Source: Chlamydiota bacterium (GTDB taxonomy: Bacteria > Auribacterota > Tritonobacteria > UBA1439). From it: DNA of 16,921 nucleotides. The DNA is taken from assembly GCA_037133055.1 (NCBI GenBank), contig JBAXOY010000066.1, positions 1-16,921 on the forward strand. Reading direction: 5' to 3'. This document shows, one piece after another, positions 1 to 8,037 of this stretch. The position numbers and the translations under genes were made by a program. Below the pieces are notes generated by a model that saw nothing but the letters and a program-made list of their open reading frames with translations, searched no databases and was not told the origin of the DNA. The stretch's first letter is position 1; each line of letters opens with the position of its first letter.

Positions 1-344
1 AACGCCCCCGCGAGAAAGAAATGGGACGCGATGGACCAGTTGAGGGCCGTGTGCGCGGGGAGGAGGAGGAAGATCGCGTTCAGGGGATAGAAGATCGCCG
101 AGTGCCAGTTCGCAAGGAACGGCGCGCCGCAGAAGTTGTACGGGTTCCAGAGGGGCACGCTCCCCGATTTCAGAAGGCCGAACCCGTAGACCCTGTAGGC
201 ATAGACCTGGTGCGTGAGATCGAGGAAGACGGGATGGCTCAAGATCACCGCCCCCCCGAAGAGCGCTTTCCGGAAGAGGACCGCGGTGACGACGCCGAGG
301 GCACAGAGGCAGTGCCCGTCCCGCAGCCGCATGGTCTCGCGCAT
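1..344 (-). CDS. YfhO-family (GT-C fold) membrane glycosyltransferase, N-terminal part; runs off the left edge
   Basis: Not in the ORF track because no stop lies in the window. Manual translation from ATG 344 (GAGG 5 nt upstream): MRETMRLRDGHCLCALGVVTAVLFRKALFGGAVILSHPVFLDLTHQVYAYRVYGFGLLKSGSVPLWNPYNFCGAPFLANWHSAIFYPLNAIFLLLPAHTALNWSIASHFFLAG. The PLWNPY..CG.PF.A.W.SA.FYP motif is collinear with the 3905..6313 protein. Confidence 0.88.
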   Translation of the reverse strand, partial: MRETMRLRDGHCLCALGVVTAVLFRKALFGGAVILSHPVFLDLTHQVYAYRVYGFGLLKSGSVPLWNPYNFCGAPFLANWHSAIFYPLNAIFLLLPAHTALNWSIASHFFLAGA

Positions 345-430
345 TCGCACCTCGGTCTTCCCCCCTGTCACCACGCGGGAGGCGGCGCCGCCGCGACGCG
401 CGTCCTAAGCCGCGGAGTGTCCCGGCGGAT

Positions 431-439
431 AGTATAGCA
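431..439 (-). promoter_or_regulatory. Putative extended -10 promoter (TGcTATACT) for the leftward YfhO-family gene
   Basis: The reverse complement of 431-439 is TGCTATACT, a TGn plus 5/6 match to TATAAT, in the divergent intergenic region about 90 nt upstream of ATG 344. Confidence 0.5.
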
Positions 440-503
440 GAACTCCTCTCCGCCGGTGCGCCCCGTCCCCGCCGTCCCCACTCGCCGTCCCCACTCGAAA
501 TGT

Positions 504-547
504 TCGACAGGAGCGCGCGGGGACGGTATAATGGATTGTACTAGGAG
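504..547 (+). promoter_or_regulatory. Sigma70-type promoter (-35 TCGACA, 17-nt spacer, -10 TATAAT) and RBS AGGAG for the GT2 operon
   Basis: TCGACA at 504-509, TATAAT at 527-532 (spacer 510-526 = 17 nt), AGGAG at 543-547, ATG at 551. Confidence 0.75.
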
Positions 548-550
548 TCT

Positions 551-1525
551 ATGGACGCGAGAACCGGCCCGGCAAAACTGAGCGCCATCATCGCCTGCTA
601 CCGCGATGCCCCCGCAATCCCCTACATGCACGAGCGCCTCACCGCGGTGGCGCGCGCGCTCGGAGTGGAGTACGAGATCATCTTCGTCAACGACTGCAGT
701 CCCGACGACACCCGAGAGGTGCTCGAGGGCCTCGCCGCCCGGGACCCGAGGGTCATCGCCGTCCACCACACGAGGAACTTCGGATCCCAGAACGCGTTTA
801 CGAGCGGGCTTCGCATTGCCTCGGGGAGTGCCGCCGTGCTCCTCGACGGGGACCTCCAGGATCCGCCGGAACTGATCCCGCAGTTCTTCGCGAAGTGGCG
901 GGAGGGCTACGACGTGGTCTACGGGGTGCGGGTCTGGGGCGATACGACGCGCTTCCTCCAGTATGCCTACAAGGCGTTCTACCGCGTCTTTCGCGCGCTG
1001 TCGTACGTGCCGATCCCCCTCGACGCGGGGGATTTTTCCCTGCTCGACCGGCGCGTGATCGACGCCCTCAACGCCCTCCCCGAGAACAACCGTTTCATAG
1101 GCGGCCTCCGGGCATGGGTTGGGTTCCGGCAGACCGGCATCCCCTACGAGCGGCCGGAGCGGATGTTCGGCCGCAGCACCGACTCCATCCTTCGTAACTT
1201 CCGGTGGGCGCGTCAGGCGATCTTCTCCTTCTCCTACGCGCCGCTGGACCTGATCGTCTGGCTCGCGCTCCTGGCGGTGGGCGGATCGTTCCTCGCGATG
1301 CTGCTCCAGATCGTCCTGCGCCTCGCCTATCCCGCCCTCGCGCCGCGCGGGTTCACCACCCTCATACTCGTCATCCTCTTCATGGGCGGGATCCAGCTCC
1401 TCTGCCTCGCCATTCTCGGCCCGTACCTCGCGCACATCTACGACGAGGTCAAGCGCCGCCCCCCCTACATCGTCGAGAGATTTTCAAACTACCCGGCCCC
1501 GGGGGCGAAAGGACTCGAACCGTGA
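551..1525 (+). CDS. GT2 glycosyltransferase, GtrB/ArnC/YkcC (DPM1-like) polyprenol-phosphate glycosyltransferase type, with two C-terminal TM helices
   Basis: 324 aa. Motifs include EIIFVNDCSPD, RNFG, DxD in LLDGDLQDPPELI, GYDVVYGVR, AGDFSLLDRRV and WVGFRQ, then two hydrophobic helices and the C-terminal YDEVKRRPPYIV. Confidence 0.92.
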   Translation: MDARTGPAKLSAIIACYRDAPAIPYMHERLTAVARALGVEYEIIFVNDCSPDDTREVLEGLAARDPRVIAVHHTRNFGSQNAFTSGLRIASGSAAVLLDGDLQDPPELIPQFFAKWREGYDVVYGVRVWGDTTRFLQYAYKAFYRVFRALSYVPIPLDAGDFSLLDRRVIDALNALPENNRFIGGLRAWVGFRQTGIPYERPERMFGRSTDSILRNFRWARQAIFSFSYAPLDLIVWLALLAVGGSFLAMLLQIVLRLAYPALAPRGFTTLILVILFMGGIQLLCLAILGPYLAHIYDEVKRRPPYIVERFSNYPAPGAKGLEP

Positions 1526-1692
1526 CGCCGCCTGCGCTCCGCCCCACGCGCTGCGATCGGTGCGGCCTGGTCCGCGCTGACCCTACGGCAGGGCGGACCC
1601 CTCCGGGGCGTATCCGGCTCGCTCTTTCGCCGAGGAACACGGCCCTTGTCGCGGGCGGCGCCGCGCATGGCGCACACGGGGGACGCGCGTGA
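1522..1692 (+). pseudogene. 56-codon ORF, probable internally deleted remnant of a Zn-ribbon class I SAM methyltransferase
   Basis: GTG 1522 overlaps the GT2 stop (GTGA) and its TGA (1690-1692) overlaps the next GTG start (GTGA). Translation: VTPPALRPTRCDRCGLVRADPTAGRTPPGRIRLALSPRNTALVAGGAAHGAHGGRA. RCxxCGLVRxDP resembles the N-terminal Zn-binding segment of polysaccharide-locus methyltransferases. Confidence 0.5.
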
Positions 1693-2399
1693 AATCCCAG
1701 ATCGAGATATTCGACCACGATGCCCGGGTGTTGGGCGGCTACGGTTACACCCTGGACACGCGCCTGAGCAGCCGCCTGGCGGTGCAGCGCAGCCTCGAGG
1801 CGATGCTCGCGGCATGTCCGTTCGCGGGAAGGTCCGTCCTCGACGCGGCCGCCGGGGACGGGTTTTACACCATCAGGTTTTATGACCGTGCGAAGACCCG
1901 CACGCTCGTGGCCGCCGACGCCGCCCCGCACGCCATCGGGGTTGCCAGGGAACACGCCGCCGGGCGCCCGATCCATTTCATGGTCGCCGATGCGAACGCG
2001 ATGCCGTGGAGCAATGACAGTTTCGAGGTTGCGCTCGTGCAGAGCGTGCTGCACCACGCGGACGACCCCCTGGGAATTCTCCGCGAGTCGTTCCGGGTGG
2101 CCCCCACGGTCGTGATCCACGAACCGAATGGGAACAACCCGTTCCTGAAGATCATCGAGCGCCTTTCCCCGTACCACCACGCGCACCATGAGAGATCCTA
2201 CTCCTCTCTCCGCTTTGGGCGCTGGATCCGTGAGGCGGGGGGCACAGTGGTGATGAAGAGTTACGCCGGCTTCGTGCCGATGTTCTGTCCGGTCTGGCTG
2301 ACGCACGGCATGAAGGCGATCGAGCCCCTCGTTGAGCGACTCCCCATCGCGAGGGGATGGGCGTGCGCGGTGGTCGTCTACGTCTGCAAGCGGCGTTGA
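1689..2399 (+). CDS. Class I SAM-dependent methyltransferase (Methyltransf_11-like)
   Basis: 236 aa from GTG. Motif I-like GRSVLDAAAGDG, then VADANAMPWSNDSFEV, SVLHHADDP..ILRESFRV and IHEPN. Confidence 0.88.
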   Translation: MKSQIEIFDHDARVLGGYGYTLDTRLSSRLAVQRSLEAMLAACPFAGRSVLDAAAGDGFYTIRFYDRAKTRTLVAADAAPHAIGVAREHAAGRPIHFMVADANAMPWSNDSFEVALVQSVLHHADDPLGILRESFRVAPTVVIHEPNGNNPFLKIIERLSPYHHAHHERSYSSLRFGRWIREAGGTVVMKSYAGFVPMFCPVWLTHGMKAIEPLVERLPIARGWACAVVVYVCKRR

Positions 2400-2457
2400 G
2401 GGCGACCCCATGAAACACGGGAAGCTCCGCCCCGGAGAGCGGATGGCGACGCCCCGC

Positions 2458-3924
2458 TCATCGGATGGCCGGGGTCCTATTCGCCGACTTCATGGTGAAC
2501 CGGTACACGGAGAAATTCCCCAGCTCCGCGCACTCCCGCGTCACGGTGTACTCCGGGAATCGGGCGGGGTCTATCCGGATGCCCAGTTTGCTTTGTGCGT
2601 AATCGATAAAATAAAACCGGTCGAAGTTTCCCTCTATTGACCTCGCATAGGTGGTGAAATGCCCGCGGCCAAGGTCATAGAACTGCAGGTTGTTCAGAAT
2701 GAACGGCTCCGGAGTCACGATGACGGGGACGTCCTTGTCCAGGCATTCGTAGAGGAGATCGGTCCTGACGAGGTGGTGGCTTGCCTCTACAAGGGTGCCC
2801 AGCCTGAAGAGCAGGCATGTGCCGCCGGTGCGCCCGAAGGGGATGAAGAAATCTGCGCACAGGTACCACAGATTGGCGCCGCAAAAGAGCGCCAGCACCG
2901 CGACAGCCGCCCGCATCGATCGCAGTGAGAGCTCGTAAATTCCGAGCCCGGTGATCAGGGCGGCGGCAAACAGCGCGCTCAGAAAATATCGGATCGCCGT
3001 GTAGTTGATCACGAAGAACGGCAGCAGATAGACGCAGGCGAAAAACACCAGAAGCGCGGGATAGAGCCGCTGCCGCCGGCGCGTGAGGAGCACACCCGCG
3101 GCCCCGATAAGGACGATGGTGTTGATCGGAACGACAAACCAGGTGATGCACCCGGCGTTCCTGAGATAGATCACCGTTCCGTCGACCATCCCTCCGAAAT
3201 ACGGGATAAACATGAGCGCATCGGAGAGCGCCCTGCGCGGAGCATTGAACGGCTCAACATAGACCCCCGTGTTCGCGCAGAGCGCATAGAGTATCCTCGG
3301 CATGAAACCGAGCGCGCATCCGGCGGCCGTGTAGAGCAGGCCCCGTATACCCGCCCTATCCTTCCTCCCGCAGACGAGCCAGGCTGCAAGCGCCGCCAGG
3401 CAGATGACGGCTGAAAGCTGGTGCTCGTAGCAGGCGATGCCGAGCACCACCCCGGCTATGAGGAAGGCGCGGGGACTGTTCCGCGACATGAGCAGAAACG
3501 CCAATGATGCGCTGAAATAATACCAGTTGTCGATATTTCTGATGACAAACCACGGGCACAATGAAAGCACGAGCGCGCAGATGATGGCCGCGGCCGGGGA
3601 GAAAAGGCGACGGACAAGCAGGTAGACGCACAGAATCGTCAGCGAGTTGAACAGGGCAAACGGCAGTTCCAGGGCGAGGCGGTTCATGCCGAAGAGAAGC
3701 GACGAGAGGGCTATGAGATATATTCTGACCGTACCCCCGTAGGGGGTGACGCCCGCAAGGCGCAGATGCTCTCCCCTGACGATGCGGCTGGCCTCGATAC
3801 CCAACCGCGCCATATCGGAATTCAGCCCGGGCATGAAGGGGAAGAAAAGCGTCTGGAGCACGGGAAGACAGACAAGGAACACCGCCGCCCGCGCGCGCCA
3901 CCCCTTATAGACGATGGTCTGCAT
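2458..3924 (-). CDS. ArnT/PMT-like (GT83/GT39, GT-C fold) multi-TM glycosyltransferase
   Basis: Start placed at ATG 3924 (AAGGA upstream, overlapping the 3' end of the upstream gene), about 488 aa. TM1 is followed by NSDMA, then FGMNRLALELPFALFNSLTILCVYLLVRRLF...AAAII and AGVVLGIACYEH, many TM helices and a soluble C-terminal domain. Confidence 0.72.
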   Translation of the reverse strand: MQTIVYKGWRARAAVFLVCLPVLQTLFFPFMPGLNSDMARLGIEASRIVRGEHLRLAGVTPYGGTVRIYLIALSSLLFGMNRLALELPFALFNSLTILCVYLLVRRLFSPAAAIICALVLSLCPWFVIRNIDNWYYFSASLAFLLMSRNSPRAFLIAGVVLGIACYEHQLSAVICLAALAAWLVCGRKDRAGIRGLLYTAAGCALGFMPRILYALCANTGVYVEPFNAPRRALSDALMFIPYFGGMVDGTVIYLRNAGCITWFVVPINTIVLIGAAGVLLTRRRQRLYPALLVFFACVYLLPFFVINYTAIRYFLSALFAAALITGLGIYELSLRSMRAAVAVLALFCGANLWYLCADFFIPFGRTGGTCLLFRLGTLVEASHHLVRTDLLYECLDKDVPVIVTPEPFILNNLQFYDLGRGHFTTYARSIEGNFDRFYFIDYAQSKLGIRIDPARFPEYTVTRECAELGNFSVYRFTMKSANRTPAIR

Positions 3925-6313
3925 GCGCTTTCCTTGCCACCGCCGCGATGCAGAAGATCGCACACACGATCGCGGTGAGGACGCTCAGCATCGCGCCGAA
4001 CCTGAACGACGCGGGTTCGTACGTAAAGCGGACCTCGTGCGCCCCCCTCCCCAGCGGGACGCCGCGGAACGCATGATTGGCCCTGAGAATAGGACCCTCT
4101 TTACCGTCAACGGTGACTCTCCATCCGGGATAGTAGGTATCGCTGAGGACCAGGATTCCCGGCGTATCGAGGCGGCACTGCGCGACGACCTCGCAGGGCT
4201 CGTCGCGCGTGATCACCGCCTTCGACGGCCCTCCGCCGCCGGCGAGATTGATGCCGGGGTCCCGGTCCAGGACCGCCTGGCGGCGCGGGTCGAACCCCGC
4301 CCACCGCATGAGCGCGAGGTCTTGTCCCTCCACGGGAGCGACCATAGCCTGATGAACAACCCATGCCCGGGGCTGCACCCCTGAGTTTTCGTAGATCCTT
4401 GCCCCCGCGTCCTCGTAACGCAACACCAGGTCGGGCGAGGGCGGAGAAACCGCCGCCGGGAAGATCAGGTATTTGACGTTCATCATCGACGCCATCTTCG
4501 CCGACTCCGGCCTGGACATTGCCGCAGCCGCGTGCTCGGAGCTGACGCCGGAGGATGAAGAGAATTCCTTGATCAGCACTACGCTGTCGGGCTCGTAACC
4601 CTCGCAGGAGGAGATTCCGTCGATCATGTTCTGATTGACGCCCGGGACCGCCACCCTGATATCCCTCAGCACCCGGTACGCGGTCCTGTCACGCGAAAAG
4701 AAGCGGGCGACGGCGCGGGGCCACCGGCATGCGGCGACGGGCATTGTCGTGATAAAACGCGCGTCGTAACTCCAGAGATCAACCACAAGCACTCCCAGGA
4801 CTACCGCCTGCGCGCACCGCATGTTCTTTCTTTCTCGCGCGGCATAGAGGAATGCGAGCGCGGAGAGCGCCAAAAACAGGCATAGCCTGCGCGCGGCGCC
4901 CCGGAACACGGGATACGCCTCTTTCAGGAATGCCGGGTCATCCAACACGCGCCAATACGCCGGATCCACGTGCTTCCTGTACGACACCAGCGCCCTCCAC
5001 GCGGCCGAGTCCGACTCCCCATTTCGCATATCGAGGGCGCAGGCGAGCGTGACCAGGAGCGCGACGCTCGCGAGGACACCCCACGCCGCCGCGCGACAGT
5101 ATTTTCTCCGCGCCATTCCCCCGACGACATACCGCCCCCCCATGCCGGCCATGCAGCAGAGCGCGAAGACCGTGACGAAGAGGATTTTGGTGGGCCCCCC
5201 GAGAAGGGCAAACCCCGGGATGAAACGGATCCAGGGGCCGGCGAGAGGGGTGTGGGGTCCCATCGCGATGAGAAACGTGGCCATCGCGAGGGAAGCCGCG
5301 CCGTACACACACCGGCTCCTCGCGCAGAGAAGCGCGATAAGCGCCAGCGCGAGAGGGAGTATCCCGATATACACGGCTTCGTCCCACAGGTAATGTCTCC
5401 CCCAGCAGAAAACACTCACAAAGTCGCCGAAGGCATCCGGCATGACGCAGGTGAGCAGATTTTCCGGTGCAAACGACGCCAGCCCCGCGTTCGCCGCGCC
5501 GGCCGAAGCCCCGCGCGCGGAGTGCCGGACAAGCTCGATGCCCGGGAGAAGCTGCACCGCCGCGAGAGAAGCCCCCAGTACCGCCGCGACCGCGCCAAAG
5601 ACGCACCCGCGGAGAAGGGCCGAGGCCCGTCCGCCGCGAGGAGCATAGAGCCCGCGAATCGCCAGGTAAAGGGCGATGCTCACCGCGCTGTAGTAGGCTG
5701 TCTGCGGATGTCCCGCGAGGATCTGCATGGCGAACGCCGCGCCGCCGGCGACCGCCCAGATTCCCCGGCGCGTGCGGAGCCACCCCTCTGCGGCGATGAG
5801 CCCTGCGGGGAACCATGGTATCGCGCAGACGAGAGACAGGTGCCCGGCAAAAACCCTCAGGATGAGCGTCGATGACAGCATGAAGGAGAGCCCCGAAACC
5901 AGCGCGGCAAAACGTGAGCCGGAGACGATGCGCATAAAAAGGTACGTACCCACACCCGCCAGCAGAATGTGGCTCGCGAAACTGTAGTTGATGGCACGCC
6001 AGGCGGGAAGAACAAGGAATACGAGGTTCGGAGGGTAAAAAACCGCCGACTGCCAGCTCGCGACAAATGGGTAGCCGCACATCTGGTAGGGGTTCCACAG
6101 CGGGATGATCCCCTTTTTGAGCAGCCCGAACGCGAAAACCCTCCACGGGTAAAACTGCTGGGTGATGTCATTCTGGGCATGGTGCGCGATCACGACGGGT
6201 GCCCGGGGATCAAGCCCCCCCCTGAACACGAGCGCCGCGATGATGCAGAAGAGCCCTATGCAGCATGCGTCACGCGATGACCATCGGTTCCCCCCGCACG
6301 ACGATTCATTCAT
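3905..6313 (-). CDS. YfhO-family (GT-C fold) membrane glycosyltransferase
   Basis: Start at ATG 6313 with a strong GGAGG RBS (an in-frame GTG at 6376 is an alternative), about 802 aa. N-terminal DITQQFYPW...IPLWNPYQMCGYPF, then AGHPQ, LAAVQLLP and YIGILPL. C-terminal YfhO hallmarks are NVKYL, PRAWVV, LVLSDTYYPGWRVTVDG, ANHAFRGV and GAHEVRFTYEP. Confidence 0.9.
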   Translation of the reverse strand: MNESSCGGNRWSSRDACCIGLFCIIAALVFRGGLDPRAPVVIAHHAQNDITQQFYPWRVFAFGLLKKGIIPLWNPYQMCGYPFVASWQSAVFYPPNLVFLVLPAWRAINYSFASHILLAGVGTYLFMRIVSGSRFAALVSGLSFMLSSTLILRVFAGHLSLVCAIPWFPAGLIAAEGWLRTRRGIWAVAGGAAFAMQILAGHPQTAYYSAVSIALYLAIRGLYAPRGGRASALLRGCVFGAVAAVLGASLAAVQLLPGIELVRHSARGASAGAANAGLASFAPENLLTCVMPDAFGDFVSVFCWGRHYLWDEAVYIGILPLALALIALLCARSRCVYGAASLAMATFLIAMGPHTPLAGPWIRFIPGFALLGGPTKILFVTVFALCCMAGMGGRYVVGGMARRKYCRAAAWGVLASVALLVTLACALDMRNGESDSAAWRALVSYRKHVDPAYWRVLDDPAFLKEAYPVFRGAARRLCLFLALSALAFLYAARERKNMRCAQAVVLGVLVVDLWSYDARFITTMPVAACRWPRAVARFFSRDRTAYRVLRDIRVAVPGVNQNMIDGISSCEGYEPDSVVLIKEFSSSSGVSSEHAAAAMSRPESAKMASMMNVKYLIFPAAVSPPSPDLVLRYEDAGARIYENSGVQPRAWVVHQAMVAPVEGQDLALMRWAGFDPRRQAVLDRDPGINLAGGGGPSKAVITRDEPCEVVAQCRLDTPGILVLSDTYYPGWRVTVDGKEGPILRANHAFRGVPLGRGAHEVRFTYEPASFRFGAMLSVLTAIVCAIFCIAAVARKAHADHRL

Positions 6314-6372
6314 GCCTCCTTCTCCCTTCAGGAGGAGGAAATGACGGGGTGTGCCCCTGCGGGAAAAGGACT

Positions 6373-8004
6373 TCACTCTCTCCCCCCATTCTCGTCCACC
6401 CTGGACTCAACCTCGTACACCACCACGGGATTCCCGCGCGCGCGCGCCTCGGGGTAGGATGCCTCGACGTGGAGCGGCCGGAGGAGCGGCGGGGGGCTTC
6501 CGGGCGACTGGACGGCGCGGAACCTGAGCGAGAGCGGCGACTCGATCAGATAGCCGATCCGCTCATCCCGGACATAGTCGAAAATCCTGCCGGCGACGAC
6601 CGCCCGGTACGCCGCCCCGTTCACGACGCCGTCGAGGTTGATCACCCTCTGCGGGCAGAAGTACGCCGCGATCCCGGAGTTGAACGAGCCGATCCGCGCG
6701 TCGCGCGGGAGGTTTTCCGCGGCCCATTCCGCCGCCCGGTACATGTCGAGCTGCCAGCCCCGCAATCCGCGCTCCCGCCAGGCGGCCGTTTTCAGCGTGA
6801 AAAACCCCGCGCAGCAGACCGCGACCGTCCCCCACGCGGCCGCCCTCGCGGGGCGCGGAAAACCGGAGAGGAATACCCCGTCCATGAGGTCGAGGACGCA
6901 GCCGAGCGCCGCGCATGCCGCGAAGACGATGGAATAGTAGTACCAGTCCTGGCTGTACCAGAGATAGGCGCAGTAGAGGAGAGCCATGAGAAGACCGTAG
7001 CAGAAGAGGAACGCCAGGCCCGCGCACCGCCGCAGCCATTCCCGGAAGAACGGCGGGTCCTTCACGGCGGCCGCGGCGACGAGGATGCCGCACAGGACGA
7101 CGCCGGCGAAGCCCGCGCGGGTGGAGAGGCCGCAGATGACCGTGATCGTCCCGAACGCGACCCCCAGATTGGAGAGGACGTTCGAGAGCCACGAGATCGC
7201 ATACACGCCCCACGAGGCATGGGCATTCTGCGCCCAGAATACGACATGCTGCTGGTGATAAATCGCCTTCCCGCTCATCTGGAACAGGAAACCGGTGCGC
7301 GCGTACGACCAGGAGAGCCACGGGAAAACCGCGAGGGCGCAGGCGGCGCCGAACGCAGCAGCCCGGGCGACCCGTTGCCCGACGGGCACTCCCCGCCCTC
7401 CCGGACCGGCGAGCGCGTCCGCCGCGATGACCGCCGCAAGCACGGCGCCGTCCAGTCTCGCGAGCACGGCGACACCCGCCAGCACGCCGAGGGCGAACCA
7501 CGCGCGGAGCCCCCCGCCGCTCCCCCTCTGCACCCGGAGATACGCGCACGAGACGGCGCCGAGCAGGAGGACATAGAGCGGCACCTCCACCCCCGAGAGG
7601 GCGACAAGGACCGGATACGGGCAGCAGAGCCAGACGGCGGCGGCGGCGAGTGAAGCCGCCTCACCGCATGCGCATCGGAGCATCCGATAGAGGAACCACG
7701 CCGAGAGCACGGAGAACAGCGTCAGGGCCACGAGCGCGGCCCGGATGAGATGCGCGTCGCTGCCGGGCATCCCCGTGAGCGCAACGAGTATAAGAGCCCA
7801 CAGCGGATGGAACCCGTTCGTCGTGTTCTCCCCGTCGGCGGTCGCCCCCCGCCCTTCGGCGATGTTCCGCGCGATGGAGAGGTAATAGAACATGTCGTCC
7901 GAGACGACCCTCGGGATCAGCAGCTCGGGCGGATCCAGGCAGAGGGGAAGCCTCGCCAGGAACGCGACCGCCATGAGGAATATGAGCACCCTCCCGGCTT
8001 TCAT
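6373..8004 (-). CDS. GT-C-like multi-TM glycosyltransferase (DD-YY / NGFHPLW type)
   Basis: 543 aa. SDDMFYYLSIARNIAEGRG..DGENTTNGFHPLW after TM1, then SGVEVPL, GLAVLARLD-like motif and many TM helices. The C-terminal domain has ENLPRDARIGSFNSGIAAYF...VINLDGVVN. Confidence 0.75.
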   Translation of the reverse strand: MKAGRVLIFLMAVAFLARLPLCLDPPELLIPRVVSDDMFYYLSIARNIAEGRGATADGENTTNGFHPLWALILVALTGMPGSDAHLIRAALVALTLFSVLSAWFLYRMLRCACGEAASLAAAAVWLCCPYPVLVALSGVEVPLYVLLLGAVSCAYLRVQRGSGGGLRAWFALGVLAGVAVLARLDGAVLAAVIAADALAGPGGRGVPVGQRVARAAAFGAACALAVFPWLSWSYARTGFLFQMSGKAIYHQQHVVFWAQNAHASWGVYAISWLSNVLSNLGVAFGTITVICGLSTRAGFAGVVLCGILVAAAAVKDPPFFREWLRRCAGLAFLFCYGLLMALLYCAYLWYSQDWYYYSIVFAACAALGCVLDLMDGVFLSGFPRPARAAAWGTVAVCCAGFFTLKTAAWRERGLRGWQLDMYRAAEWAAENLPRDARIGSFNSGIAAYFCPQRVINLDGVVNGAAYRAVVAGRIFDYVRDERIGYLIESPLSLRFRAVQSPGSPPPLLRPLHVEASYPEARARGNPVVVYEVESRVDENGGRE

Positions 8005-8037
8005 CGTGGGCCCTGTCCTTGTGGCGCGCGCGTCGTG

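Noticed and set aside
551..1525. Assigning the symbol arnC, gtrB or csbB
   Set aside because: The family is clear, but sugar specificity and orthology cannot be determined, and no arn or gtrA partners are present in the window.
2400..2457. Bidirectional rho-independent terminator between convergent genes
   Set aside because: There is only a weak CTCCG/CGGAG stem and no U-tract on either strand.
6215..6222. G8 tract near the start of YfhO (and G7 at 251-257 at a similar position in the paralog) as phase-variable sites
   Set aside because: Runs of 7-8 C/G occur repeatedly in this window (e.g. 1459-1465, 13265-13271, 15340-15347) and are explained by Gly/Pro codons in GC-rich DNA.
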